From: Rhodosorus marinus CCMP1338
Lineage: Eukaryota; Plantae; Rhodophyta
Assembly (NCBI GenBank): GCA_029953675.1
Contig: JAMWBK010000008.1
Coordinates: 124,001-188,000, forward strand
Length of the DNA stretch: 64,000 nt
Reading direction: 5' to 3'
The first letter of the stretch is position 1. Each line of letters opens with the position of its first letter. A program made the translations under genes and the position numbers. Positions 22,273 through 32,196 of the stretch are shown here, in pieces. The notes under the pieces were generated by a model. That model ran no database searches. It was given only the letters and a program-made list of their open reading frames with translations, and had not been told where the DNA came from.

Positions 22273-23138
22273 TTTATGCTATGCTAATAAAGCCCGTGAA
22301 AACCTCAGTTCGATTCTGAGAGTACGCACCAAGGCCACCTCTCGCACTTGTGGTTAACCACTCTACCGTCGTCATTGAGTCATCGTCTCGATGCTTTCCA
22401 GTTCCGTTCTGCCGCACGCATCTATCTCGGTTTGCCACAGGCTCCGTGGCACTCTAATCGGCCGTCTTTCTGTCAGGGATGTGAGAGCCGGATTGACGCT
22501 TGTGGCTACCACTTCCTGGGTTCCTGCGGACTGTTGCGAGGTCTCCGTACGAGGCGTCACACTCGCCTCAAGTACATCCTCAGCGAATTTTTGACTCGGA
22601 TAGGGCATACGGTTGAGGTTGAGTCGGAACTGCCCAGATCCATCTCGGACTCTGCACCGCCCCGTTGTATAGCCGATCTCCTCGTCTCCGACGCTGCTGC
22701 CAGACGCTCAACATATGTGGACCTTGCGATTACCTGCCCCGTGGCCAGCGCCCACCTCACCGCAGCCGCCCGCCGCCGGGGGGCCGCGGCTTCAGCCCTT
22801 CGAAGAGTTAAGGAACGACGGTATGCTGAGAGCATGGCCAGTCTGCCTTGCGCTGAGGGTCGCTCTCACCGGTTCCAGCCATTCATTGTGGAAAGCTTTG
22901 GTCACGTCGATAAGTCGGGTTTAGAGTGGTTGCGGAAATGTTTTGCTGAGCATCCTACTGAATATTTGGCGCTCTTGAGGCGTTTAAGTGTCTCCCTTTG
23001 GCGATATTCCAGCGACATGCTTTCCGAGGCGCGCCATCGGCGCCTGGGGTTGCATGCTTCCCTCCCTAGTTATTAGTTCATCTTCACGCCTTGCGTAGCG
23101 CTTCAGGCTATGCTAGTAAAGTCCAGTCCAATAAAGCC
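22273..23138 (+). mobile_element. 5'-truncated B1 insertion with chimeric 5' junction and 9-bp TSD
   Basis: AGTTAAGCG at 22264-22272 and 23139-23147; B1 sequence from 22332; tail TAGTAAAGTCCAGTCCAATAAAGCC. Confidence 0.9.
22293..22331 (+). tRNA. Retro-copied tRNA 3' half with CCA (not a functional gene; tRNA-His-like)
   Basis: T stem CTCAG/CTGAG (22304-08/22316-20), T loop TTCGATT, 7-nt acceptor strand AGTACGC, discriminator A, CCA at 22329-22331. Confidence 0.8.
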
Positions 23139-23147
23139 AGTTAAGCG

Positions 23148-23503
23148 GGAAAACTTTTGAGACCCCGCTACATGTATTTAAGGATTTAATTCACGATGTG
23201 TACATCGGTCTTCACTTCCTGAGACAACACGGACTAACTCTAGACTGTAGTGCTAACGCGCCTCAGCTGGTGATAAAGGCGAAGGATCCAGGTATACGTG
23301 GGATCCCAACAACGGAATCAAAGGTAAAGAAGGGAAAGGGCATCGTGAAGGAGACGGTGCGGTTAACGGTCATGGACACCGAAGATGACATCGGGGAAAG
23401 TAACACCGACGAAGGGTATGCAGGGTTCGGTGATAATAAGGGAAGCGGAAAGGATCGGAGCAGCAAGGAAAAAGGGCTTGGCGAGATCATCCGAAGCCAG
23501 TAA
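23148..23503 (+). pseudogene. Retropepsin-like (LTR-retrotransposon-type) protease C-terminal fragment
   Basis: Removing the B insertion joins ATVELSGKTFETPLHVFKDLIHDVYIGLHFLRQHGLTLDC, resembling the (I/L)LGxDFL segment of retroviral-type proteases; the catalytic DTG/DSG is absent. Confidence 0.6.
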
Positions 23504-23791
23504 CTAGGTAATTAGTTGTTGTTGTTGTTTTTGTTGTGAGGCTATGCTAGTTGTCGAGGATTGGGGTTTTGTTTCTTTTTCGGTCGCGAGCGTGTTCGTT
23601 TACGGGAAGCGCTTCCTGTGGTACGCCTTCCCCTCGATTTTCCGCGGGGCGTCGTTTGCATTTGCAACTACTTCTGTCTTCCGGGTGGGTGAGTTGCGGG
23701 GCCTTTCCTATTTGGGTTGGGTTTGGTCGATTATTCTCTCGGTGCGGTTTCATATTGGTGGTGCAACGTTTCCTTTGCGGATTCCCTCAGG

Positions 23792-25193
23792 ATGGTAGGG
23801 ATATCTCCGCACTCGACGGAGCCTCCTCCCAAGGAGGCACTGCCAGGTGGGGGACTCCGTGTTCGCCTCAGCTGCGGCACGTTTTCTTCCGAGGTTGACT
23901 TGGAAGGCGCTTCTGGCACCCAGGCGCGTTCACTTATCTCCGCTGTCACCAGCCTGATCACGGCTGCGAGTGATCGTGGAGTGCTCCCTCAGCTCACCCA
24001 GAAGCTAGGTGGGCTGGAATCGGGATTGCTGGCCAGGTCAAATTCAAATTCGGACGAGAATTTGAATTGCCCCAGAGTGGCAGCGTTGGCTGAAGGCAGT
24101 CAACATCCGGTCAATCAACATGAACCTGTCCCGGGAGGGCTGTTGCTTCTGCGCGGGACAGTACGACGTTGGGGAGCGGCAGGCCGGGCCAAAACGCGCT
24201 TCAGCGCTCGGGGACTCGAGGCAATGGTGGTGGTGACTGTGCGGCAACCGGTGTGGAGGAGACTGCAGCCGTGGACTTCCCTCTCTTGGACCAGCCCTCA
24301 GGTGGTCACCAGCTCCCGGCTACTTCGGGGGCACGTGGTGGCCGCAAGGGGGGCGCTTCGTACGCATCAGTCTTGCGGAAGGGCACCACTGCCACACGTA
24401 CGGCGGCTATGCTCCGTTTCATACCATCTCGCGAGCCTCAGGATGGACCTGTGGAGACCACTTTCCAATTTCTGTGGGTGCGAAATGTCCGGCCCCAGAC
24501 TACACGAGGACAGGTTCCGTCTATGCGAGACTTCCGGGACACTTTTGCGGAATCGTTAGGGTGCAGCCGGGGTGATTTCTTCTTCGCAAACTATGAGGGC
24601 CGCGATGTGCTGTTTTTGGTCTCCGCAACCGCCGCCAAGTACCTGGAGGCCTTGCTGGCGAAGCCTACCGAGCAGTGGCCTGAGAGCGCCCGGTGGCTGC
24701 GCTGCAACCCGCAGGTGGTTTTGCACTTCGATTTTGACCGTTTCTCGGGCAATTTCCTGTCTCCGGGAGAAACGGCAGGGCTCTCTGAGCATGAGAGCAG
24801 CGTGAAGGCGGCAGCGATCCATTGGCTACGGATTCAGCGCCTTGAGAGGATCTTGTTGGCGCGGTTCCGGTCGGGCCCTCGTCACCTGCGCATGGCGGTT
24901 TCCAGTTTCTTCGATCTGGAGAGGCGACTTGTGCTGACTTCGCGCTACAAGACAGAGCTGCAGCGGGTGGGGATTTTGGAGGGCTCTGCTTCCAGCACTA
25001 CTTCCAGCGAGAGTGGTGAGGCAGGGGAGCAGACTGAGGGCATGGCGGTGGAGGACGCCCAGGTTACTTTGCTGAAGCCCGCGGGATCCGTTCCGCGAGC
25101 CTCGCGGAGTGGGAGGCTCACGACTTTGGTGCGGATAGGAGGTAAGAGAGCGAGGACCGACTCCCCGGGTCTAAGGGGGAGAAGCACGATTAG
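23792..25193 (+). pseudogene. B1 ORF1, frameshifted
   Basis: 7-nt deletion at ~24136 and 1-nt C-run deletion at ~25163 relative to the intact ORF1 at 51659-53068. Confidence 0.85.
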
Positions 25194-25223
25194 CGCTCAG
25201 GCACGGCTGCGAGGTCGCAGCCT

Positions 25224-28200
25224 ATGGATCTACAGTCTTATGTCCTGAAGGAGGGCGGAGACTGGGGCATTTGGCGTACGCGTTTTCGGAGTTGGCTCCG
25301 GCGGTGGATTTCCTTGGAAGGAGGCTCGCTTCCCCTCCGTGGGGGCATTCCCCCAGTCGTCCTTCCTCGTGGAGACCTTCTAGTAGCTGGAACCATTCTC
25401 GATTTCATCTTCACGAGCCTGGCTCGCAACATTCGGGACACAGTCATTTGGGTTTTTCTGGGGGTCATGCCGCGCCTGATTCTGGCCCCCATTCACACAT
25501 CGGAGCGCAGATGGCGAGTACGAGACCGACTGGCCCTGTTCTTGAAGGGAGACTTCGAAGTACTACAGCGCAGCTATTTGGCGTCGTCAGCACCATCCGC
25601 CCGTCGGACTCGGCATGGCACAGTGTCGCCCGTGCCAGCTCGAGTACAGAAATTGGTAGCAGTGGGCGATTTAAGTCGAGCGGCGCGGGTTTTGGAGGGC
25701 CAGGCGCCTGTCCTCCCCTACGATGATAGTCTCGCCCAGATGGTGTCGTCTTTGTTCCCTGAGTCCGACGTGGATTTGTCCCCTGAATTCGAGGTATTCT
25801 TGGACCGTCCGGAGTTGGCCAGGTTTCGCATCGATCTGACCCTCAGTGAGTCTGACCTGGAGGATTTGCTTCGTACCTCGCGTCGGGGACGCTGTCCCGG
25901 ACCCTCCGGACTAAGAACAGAGCTATTGCAGGCCCTGAGCCAGCCTGGCCAGAGCGCGCTTCTGAGGATCCTTAACAAGTTGTTCCAGGGCGTATCGGGT
26001 GCGTCTGCGCCATGGGAACATCTCCGGCAGGCACAGCTTTGCTTGCTCACGAAACCTGACCACCAGCCGGCCCACCCGCGTCTCCGGCCGATCGGGATGG
26101 TGGAGAGCCTACGGAAGTTAGCCGGGAGGTGGCTATGCCAGCGCCTTCGCCAGCGCGTCACAGCGTTTATGGCGCCCTTGCAAGTAGGGGTGGGATTTTC
26201 TGGGGGTTGCGAACTGATCACCCATGGGATCGAGCTAGAACGCGCCAGTAGGCCGGAGTGGGGAGTCTTGGTGGTTGATTTCCGGAACGCATTCAACAGC
26301 GTGTCGCGGACGCATGCGCTAGAGGTGCTCCGACGTGTGTTTCCGGAGGCGTGGCTGTTTCTATCGGGTATTTACGGAGGGGAGAGCCTCCCCTACTTGA
26401 CAACGGAGGGCACTGTTTTTCAAGCACATACTGGCGTCCAACAAGGCGACCCTTGCGGACCTCTTCTTCATGCCTGTGCCCTACAGCTCGTACTTTTACG
26501 TCTTTCGACTGAGGTCTCGGATCTTCGAATCTGCGCGTACCACGATGACGTAACATTGCTGGGCACCCCTGACACCCTGGCTAGGGGACTGACCGCGATC
26601 GAAGCGATTGCACGTCGCGTCGGTTTGACTGTGGAAACAGAAAAATGTCGCTTTCTCCCCCCGAGGGACGTGTCGCTGAACTCTCTGCCACCCACTCTGC
26701 GACTAATCAGCGAACGTGAAGGGTTCGAACACCACGGCGTCGGATTGGGGACTGACAACTTTGTCCAAGCATCCTGCGAGCGAGTTTTGGCACGGCACAA
26801 GCAACTCACCGACGCCATTGAGCACCTACCCGACAGCATGCTGCAATCGGCCTGCTTGCTTTCCCGCTTTTGTGCCGGTCCCAGACTCAACTACTGGTTG
26901 CGCAGCCTGCCTCCAGCTTGGGGCTCGTGGATCGCGGCTAAAGCCGACGAAATGACCCTGCAACACTGGGGAACGCTCTTGGATGAGCCCCTCGATCTTG
27001 AAGCTGCTCCCGACAGGGACTTTATTCGTGCACAGATCGCTCTACCGTTGCGATTAGGGGGATTCGGCGTCGCAGACCGTGGGCTGGTATGCTCGCCAGC
27101 GGCGGTTGCCTCCTGGGCTACCGCGCTGCGAACGTTGGTGACCTTCCGGATGCGAAGTGCCTGCCTCTTGGCTCGAGCTTTGACCAACGAGGATCCAGTG
27201 AGCCTGCCGCCCCCGCTTTTGACAATTTATGATGGTCTTCAACACGCGTTCAGGAGGTGCAACGCCGTGCCGGACGCAGATCGGTCCCGCTTTCGTTCCT
27301 GGAGGGAGCTGTTATGGGGACGAGCTGAAGCGATTGAGGATTGTCCCCTCGACCGAGTTCTTGCCGATGACGGAGAGGCTAGCCCCGGGTCACCTGTTGC
27401 AGACTACCCGGGTTTGAGCCGATTGTGGAGCTCCCGCACTGATGTGATTCAACATAGCCTCACCTGGGGCCAACACAGTGCCGCTCACACAGTCATGCTC
27501 AATTCTCCTCTCACGCCGCCTACCACTGCCGCTCGTCTCCGCGGCATGGGAGGCCACCTCTCGCACTTGTGGTTAACCACTCTACCGTCGTCATTGAGTC
27601 ATCGTCTCGATGCTTTCCAGTTCCGTTCTGCCGCACGGATCTATCTCGGTTTGCCACAGGCTCCGTGGCACTCTAATCGGCCGTCTTTCTGTCAGGGATG
27701 TGAGAGCCGGATTGACGCTTGTGGCTACCACTTCCTGGGTTCCTGCGGACTGTTGCGAGGTCTCCGTACGAGGCGTCACACTCGCCTCAAGTACATCCTC
27801 AGCGAATCTTTGACTCGGATAGGGAATACGGTTGAGGTTGAGTCGGAACTGCCCAGATCCATCTCGGACTCTGCACCGCCCCGTTGTATAGCCGATCTCC
27901 TCGTCTCCGACGCTGCTGCCAGACGCTCAACATATGTGGACCTTGCGATTACCTGCCCCGTGGCCAGCGCCCACCTCACCGCAGCCGCCCGCCGCCGGGG
28001 GGCCGCGGCTTCAGCCCTTCGAAGAGTTAAGGAACGACGGTATGCTGAGAGCATGGCCAGTCTGCCTTGCGCTGAGGGTCGCTCTCACCGGTTCCAGCCA
28101 TTCCTTGTGGAAAGCTTTGGTCACGTGGATAAGTCGGGTTTAGAGTGGTTGCGGAAATGTTTTGCTGAGCATCCTACTGAATATTTGGCGCTCTTGAGGC

Positions 28201-28295
28201 GTTTAAGTGTCTCCCTTTGGCGATATTCCAGCGACATGCTTTCCGAGGCGCGCCATCGGCGCCTGGGGTTGCATGCTTCCCTCCCTAGTTATTAG
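25224..28295 (+). CDS. B1 ORF2, intact, 1023 aa: RT + CCHC + REL endonuclease
   Basis: RLRPIGMVE, DFRNAFN, GVQQGDPC, YHDD, LPLRLGGFG, CQGC...HFLGSC...RRH, ADLL...YVDL, FQPFLVESFG. Confidence 0.95.
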   Translation: MDLQSYVLKEGGDWGIWRTRFRSWLRRWISLEGGSLPLRGGIPPVVLPRGDLLVAGTILDFIFTSLARNIRDTVIWVFLGVMPRLILAPIHTSERRWRVRDRLALFLKGDFEVLQRSYLASSAPSARRTRHGTVSPVPARVQKLVAVGDLSRAARVLEGQAPVLPYDDSLAQMVSSLFPESDVDLSPEFEVFLDRPELARFRIDLTLSESDLEDLLRTSRRGRCPGPSGLRTELLQALSQPGQSALLRILNKLFQGVSGASAPWEHLRQAQLCLLTKPDHQPAHPRLRPIGMVESLRKLAGRWLCQRLRQRVTAFMAPLQVGVGFSGGCELITHGIELERASRPEWGVLVVDFRNAFNSVSRTHALEVLRRVFPEAWLFLSGIYGGESLPYLTTEGTVFQAHTGVQQGDPCGPLLHACALQLVLLRLSTEVSDLRICAYHDDVTLLGTPDTLARGLTAIEAIARRVGLTVETEKCRFLPPRDVSLNSLPPTLRLISEREGFEHHGVGLGTDNFVQASCERVLARHKQLTDAIEHLPDSMLQSACLLSRFCAGPRLNYWLRSLPPAWGSWIAAKADEMTLQHWGTLLDEPLDLEAAPDRDFIRAQIALPLRLGGFGVADRGLVCSPAAVASWATALRTLVTFRMRSACLLARALTNEDPVSLPPPLLTIYDGLQHAFRRCNAVPDADRSRFRSWRELLWGRAEAIEDCPLDRVLADDGEASPGSPVADYPGLSRLWSSRTDVIQHSLTWGQHSAAHTVMLNSPLTPPTTAARLRGMGGHLSHLWLTTLPSSLSHRLDAFQFRSAARIYLGLPQAPWHSNRPSFCQGCESRIDACGYHFLGSCGLLRGLRTRRHTRLKYILSESLTRIGNTVEVESELPRSISDSAPPRCIADLLVSDAAARRSTYVDLAITCPVASAHLTAAARRRGAAASALRRVKERRYAESMASLPCAEGRSHRFQPFLVESFGHVDKSGLEWLRKCFAEHPTEYLALLRRLSVSLWRYSSDMLSEARHRRLGLHASLPSY

Positions 28296-28390
28296 TTCAT
28301 CTTCACGCCTTGCGTAGCGCTTCATGCTATGCTAGTAAAGTCCAGTAACTAGGTACATTACCCCGGCATCATTATTTGGTCCCCGAATGA

Positions 28391-31300
28391 GGTTACGTTA
28401 GTCTGGGGTGGGGTGAGTCTGGGGTAAAAGGTAAAGTTCGTACGGAAGATAACAACAAAAGTTCGTAAGAAAGTTCGAAGATGATCGTGAGGGAGGTATG
28501 CGGGCCGTACCCCGAACCTCTTGTCATTCAGGGCCCGGACCCCTCGGGCACCCGGGAAGTTTTGCAAAGGCACCAGCACCAGTCTGATGGCAACGTGCAG
28601 GAGACACCGACGGAACAACAAGCAGGCGATGTTCAAGCAAGAACGCGGACCGAGTCTGCAGCCGCAACCGACCCGGCAGCCACATTCTTGCATCAACTGC
28701 GTAGCTTCGACAGATGCTACCAGGACCTGGGCATCGCTACGTCCGAAATTACAGACTTCTACAAAGCCGTTTTTCAACTGAACTCGAGGGTCAACAGCTC
28801 GCAAGAGCTGCAAGGTGTCACCGGACGCCTTACGGAGTTGTCCCGGAAACCGGGTATGTGGGAAGGTGGAGCCGCTACTACGAATTCTGCACCATCTCCG
28901 CATGATCTCCCGCGAGATCTCCCGCGACAGGCCGTAGGCAACCACCTCGGCCCCGAAACCCGTTACCGTAACGGTTGTCTGCCAGGAAGCAATGCCGTCC
29001 GTGATTTAGGAACCTGGCTCCCTGCGCCCCAGGGAGGGACAGGTGTCCGGGATCTAGGACACTATGCGGAGACATTCCCAGCCATCGGGGAGGGCCCTAC
29101 AAGGCCAACCTTCGCCGATTTCGCAGCACAAAAAGAACCAGCGAGAGGAGGAGATGCTCGTTCCAGAACTTCTGGACGCCCTGGACCCCAGACCCAACAG
29201 GCTGCCCTACGGCAACTGCACGCTACGGTCGGGGGGTCTGGCTGGGGACCCGATGTTGCTCCAGTCCTCGCGACGCTACGGAATGTCCGACCCCCAAGGC
29301 TGGATGAGGTGGCCCCTGCGGACTTTGCAACGGTTCTTTGCAGAGCACTGGGTATGCCCAGCTCTTATGTGGTGCATGTGGACTTTATTGCCTCCCATGC
29401 CTGCCTGCTGTGCCATCCAGACGCAATTCCGATTCTCCAAAGTGCCATCTCCCGAGGAGTTTTCCGGACTGGGATATTCGGATCCTTCACACAACGACAC
29501 GCCGATAGACAAGTAAGCCTTTACACTGGCCAGGCGCTGGACCCAGACAACCTTCTGGGTTACCTCGAACGTCAGACTATCGCTCCCGGGGATATCGCTG
29601 CCCACACGCTGAAGCGGGCCATCGAGCAGCTTATCCGCATTCGTTCGAGGATCCGCAGGCGACAAATCTCCTTCCACACTCTCGCAGCGCTCTACGAGTA
29701 TCTTGAGGGACGACTAGAGCTCCTAAAAGGCAGACAACATCCGCCTGAGGTACCCCGGGGAGTGCGCGGAACCCCCTGGGCCTGCAGCTGCTTCGAACGC
29801 AGACCCTGAAGCCTCGTCCCTTCCAGGGGATGTACAGGCAGACCGCGGGACAGTTGACGCCCAGGTTGAGACTAGCGCGACTTCCCAAGTACCTGAGAAC
29901 GCAGCACACGAGGACAATCCCCATGCGGAGCTCCTCTGCAACCTTCCGGAGCCACCTCAACAGAAGCGCTCGCGATTATCCGCCGATGGAACCGGACCGG
30001 ATACTGAGATGACTCCGGCAGCCGTGGAGACTCCACCGGATACCACTGTGACACAGGTTGCCCTTGACGGCAACCATCACGCGATGGACACGCAGGAGAG
30101 CCAGGAAAACCCAGCGCAATAATGCCGAGCAGACGTAGGGGAATCAAACGACGCCGCGACGAGCCTCTGTTCTTCTCGGATCGTCAAGACTGGATCAGGC
30201 GGTGGAGTGTCTTCGTCGACGACGTCACGGAAGGAGGCAGGCAGTGGACGCGCCTTACACAATGCCCGGTTCCCACACGGCGATTTGTGCCACGCGCCCA
30301 GGTTCAAACATGGAGCTGCCTCTTCCGTGCTGCATTAGAGCTCTCTATGGACAGCACCGCACCAACAAACGCCAGCCTGCTTCTTGTCGGACTTCCAGGC
30401 CTGGTCCTTGGACACTCTGCACTTGATGTTGGCATTCAGGTATCGCATGTGCTTGAAGGAGAATTCTCTACGGTCTGGAGCGCTCTAGAGGACAAGGCGT
30501 CTATGCTGTCGCATACTACCGCACCGCAAGGAGCTGAAGCGGTTCGACGCTAACATCTCGAGCGCCACAAGCGAGCGCTGAAACTAGCACACCTTGGCCG
30601 CCTTTCAGATGCAGCTCGGAGCCTACAGGCCACCGAAATGGCACCTTTTACCGCGGCTACGTGGAGACAACTACAAGCGCTCTTTCCCAACCCGGCGGAA
30701 GGTGACCTACCAGACGAGATTGCACACGCCCTGCAATCTTTGCTCGCTCTGAAGACCGAAACACTAAAGCGGCGGTGGGATTCAAGAAAAGCGGCCGACG
30801 AGGGCCTCATGTCGATCGTGGCACGTCTTCCTCAGGGCAAGAGCCCAGGTCCTAGCGGTCTCCGAGTGGAACACCTCCAAGGTGCAACTCAACAGACGCA
30901 AGTGGCGTTGATTCGTGTATTGCGACAACTGGCGACCGCTCCTGAGAAATTTTCCCCGGCTCTGACCCGCGCCCTTCGCAGTAGTCGACTCCTGCCGTTC
31001 GCGAAGCCCAACAAGGGTTCAGTGCCGCAGGAACATCCCGGAGTTCGCCCTATCGGAGTACCAGAAGTTTTGCGCAAGGTAGCAACGCAATGGACTCTTC
31101 ACGCGGTTATGGACAGGGTGCGTGAGCTCCTGGTGCCCTTACAACTGGGTATTGGAGTAAGTGGCGGGTGCGAACGCTCACTTCACGCGATCCAGGCCCA
31201 TTTGTCATGCGAACCCGATTCGGTGGTCCTTCGGGTAGACCTAGAGAATGCCTTTAATCGCATCGACCGACGCCTTGCCAAGCAACTGGTGGACGAACAC

Positions 31301-32196
31301 TTGCCGGAGCTTGCACCAGTGTACAGACTTGGCTATGGAAGCGACAACGCGGACTCACCGACGCTCTGTGGCTGGCGACCTTCACCTGGACAGAACGAAA
31401 CCGACACCTCTCGCCTGACTCTCCAAGCAACTACAGAGTCCAACAGGGAGATCCACTGGGGCCGGTGTTACATGCACTATCCCTGGCGCCCTTTCTAAGA
31501 GCGTTGCGAGCCAAGTTCCCCAACGAAACGATTGTTGCTATCCACGACGATATCACGATTTTCGGGTCGCTACAAGCCGTGAAGGCGTCCCTGGCATGGG
31601 CAAAAACTGTGCTCCCCTCTCTTGGAGCACGCCTGCAACTCGGCAAGTGCACTGTGTACGGGCGAACACTGACTACCACGCGAGTGGTCAACCATGAGAT
31701 TCCTGGAGTGCAAGTGACCAGAGACGGAGTCACCATCCACTCGATACCGATAGGCAGCCGAGAATATATCGAACAGGAGTGCCGGGGGCTGCAAAATAAG
31801 CTAGTAAAGTCCAAATAAGCATGAGAAACTCTTTGAGGAAATTGCCAAGCTCCCACAACCGGAGCTTACGACGCAAATTGCCCTCTTCAGGTTCTGTGCA
31901 GAAACGCGACTAGACTATGTGCTACGATGCCTCGCATACGAGTTTGGAAGAAATCTGGCATGCGAGGCCGACGTGATGACCAGATATCACCTGGAAATTC
32001 TATTCGGAGGCCTCGCTACGACAGCTGTAGAGGACGATGAGTACGCAGAGCTGATCTCGGACCAAATCGCTCTGCCCTGCCGCTGGGGAGGTTTGGGTTT
32101 CGCTACTCGAAAGCGCGTCCAACCCATCGCGTTTTACTCGTCATGGAGAAACACCTTCCGGAACAATGCAGATGAATGGCCATACCTGACTGAACT
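28391..32196 (+). mobile_element. Family D1 element, 5' part (ORF1 and RT), interrupted by a B1 insertion
   Basis: Tail block 28391-28424; ORF1 to TAA 30120-30122 (frameshift ~29730-29800); ORF2 from ATG 30122 with nonsense at 30551, frameshift ~31434 before QQGDPL, IHDD, LPCRWGGLG. Confidence 0.88.
31802..31812 (+). mobile_element. Family B tail-only micro-insertion (TAGTAAAGTCC) with 8-bp TSD
   Basis: AAATAAGC at 31794-31801 and 31813-31820; the homologous D3 site (~60880) lacks it. Confidence 0.85.

Larger units (their letters stand above)
23511..28341 (+). mobile_element. Near full-length family B1 element, copy 1, with 14-bp TSD
   Basis: CCAGTAACTAGGTA at 23497-23510 and 28342-28355; 40 nt of extra 5' sequence. 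Confidence 0.92.

Noticed and set aside
25238-27417. Numerous antisense and alternate-frame ORFs inside B copies (e.g. 25718-26296)
   Set aside because: Shadows of GC-rich ORF2; they recur only because the element is repeated and show no recognisable motifs.
18208-28295. Bacterial RT system (group II intron, retron, DGR)
   Set aside because: C-terminal CCHC + REL domains, upstream ORF1, 5' truncation and TSDs are non-LTR retrotransposon hallmarks.
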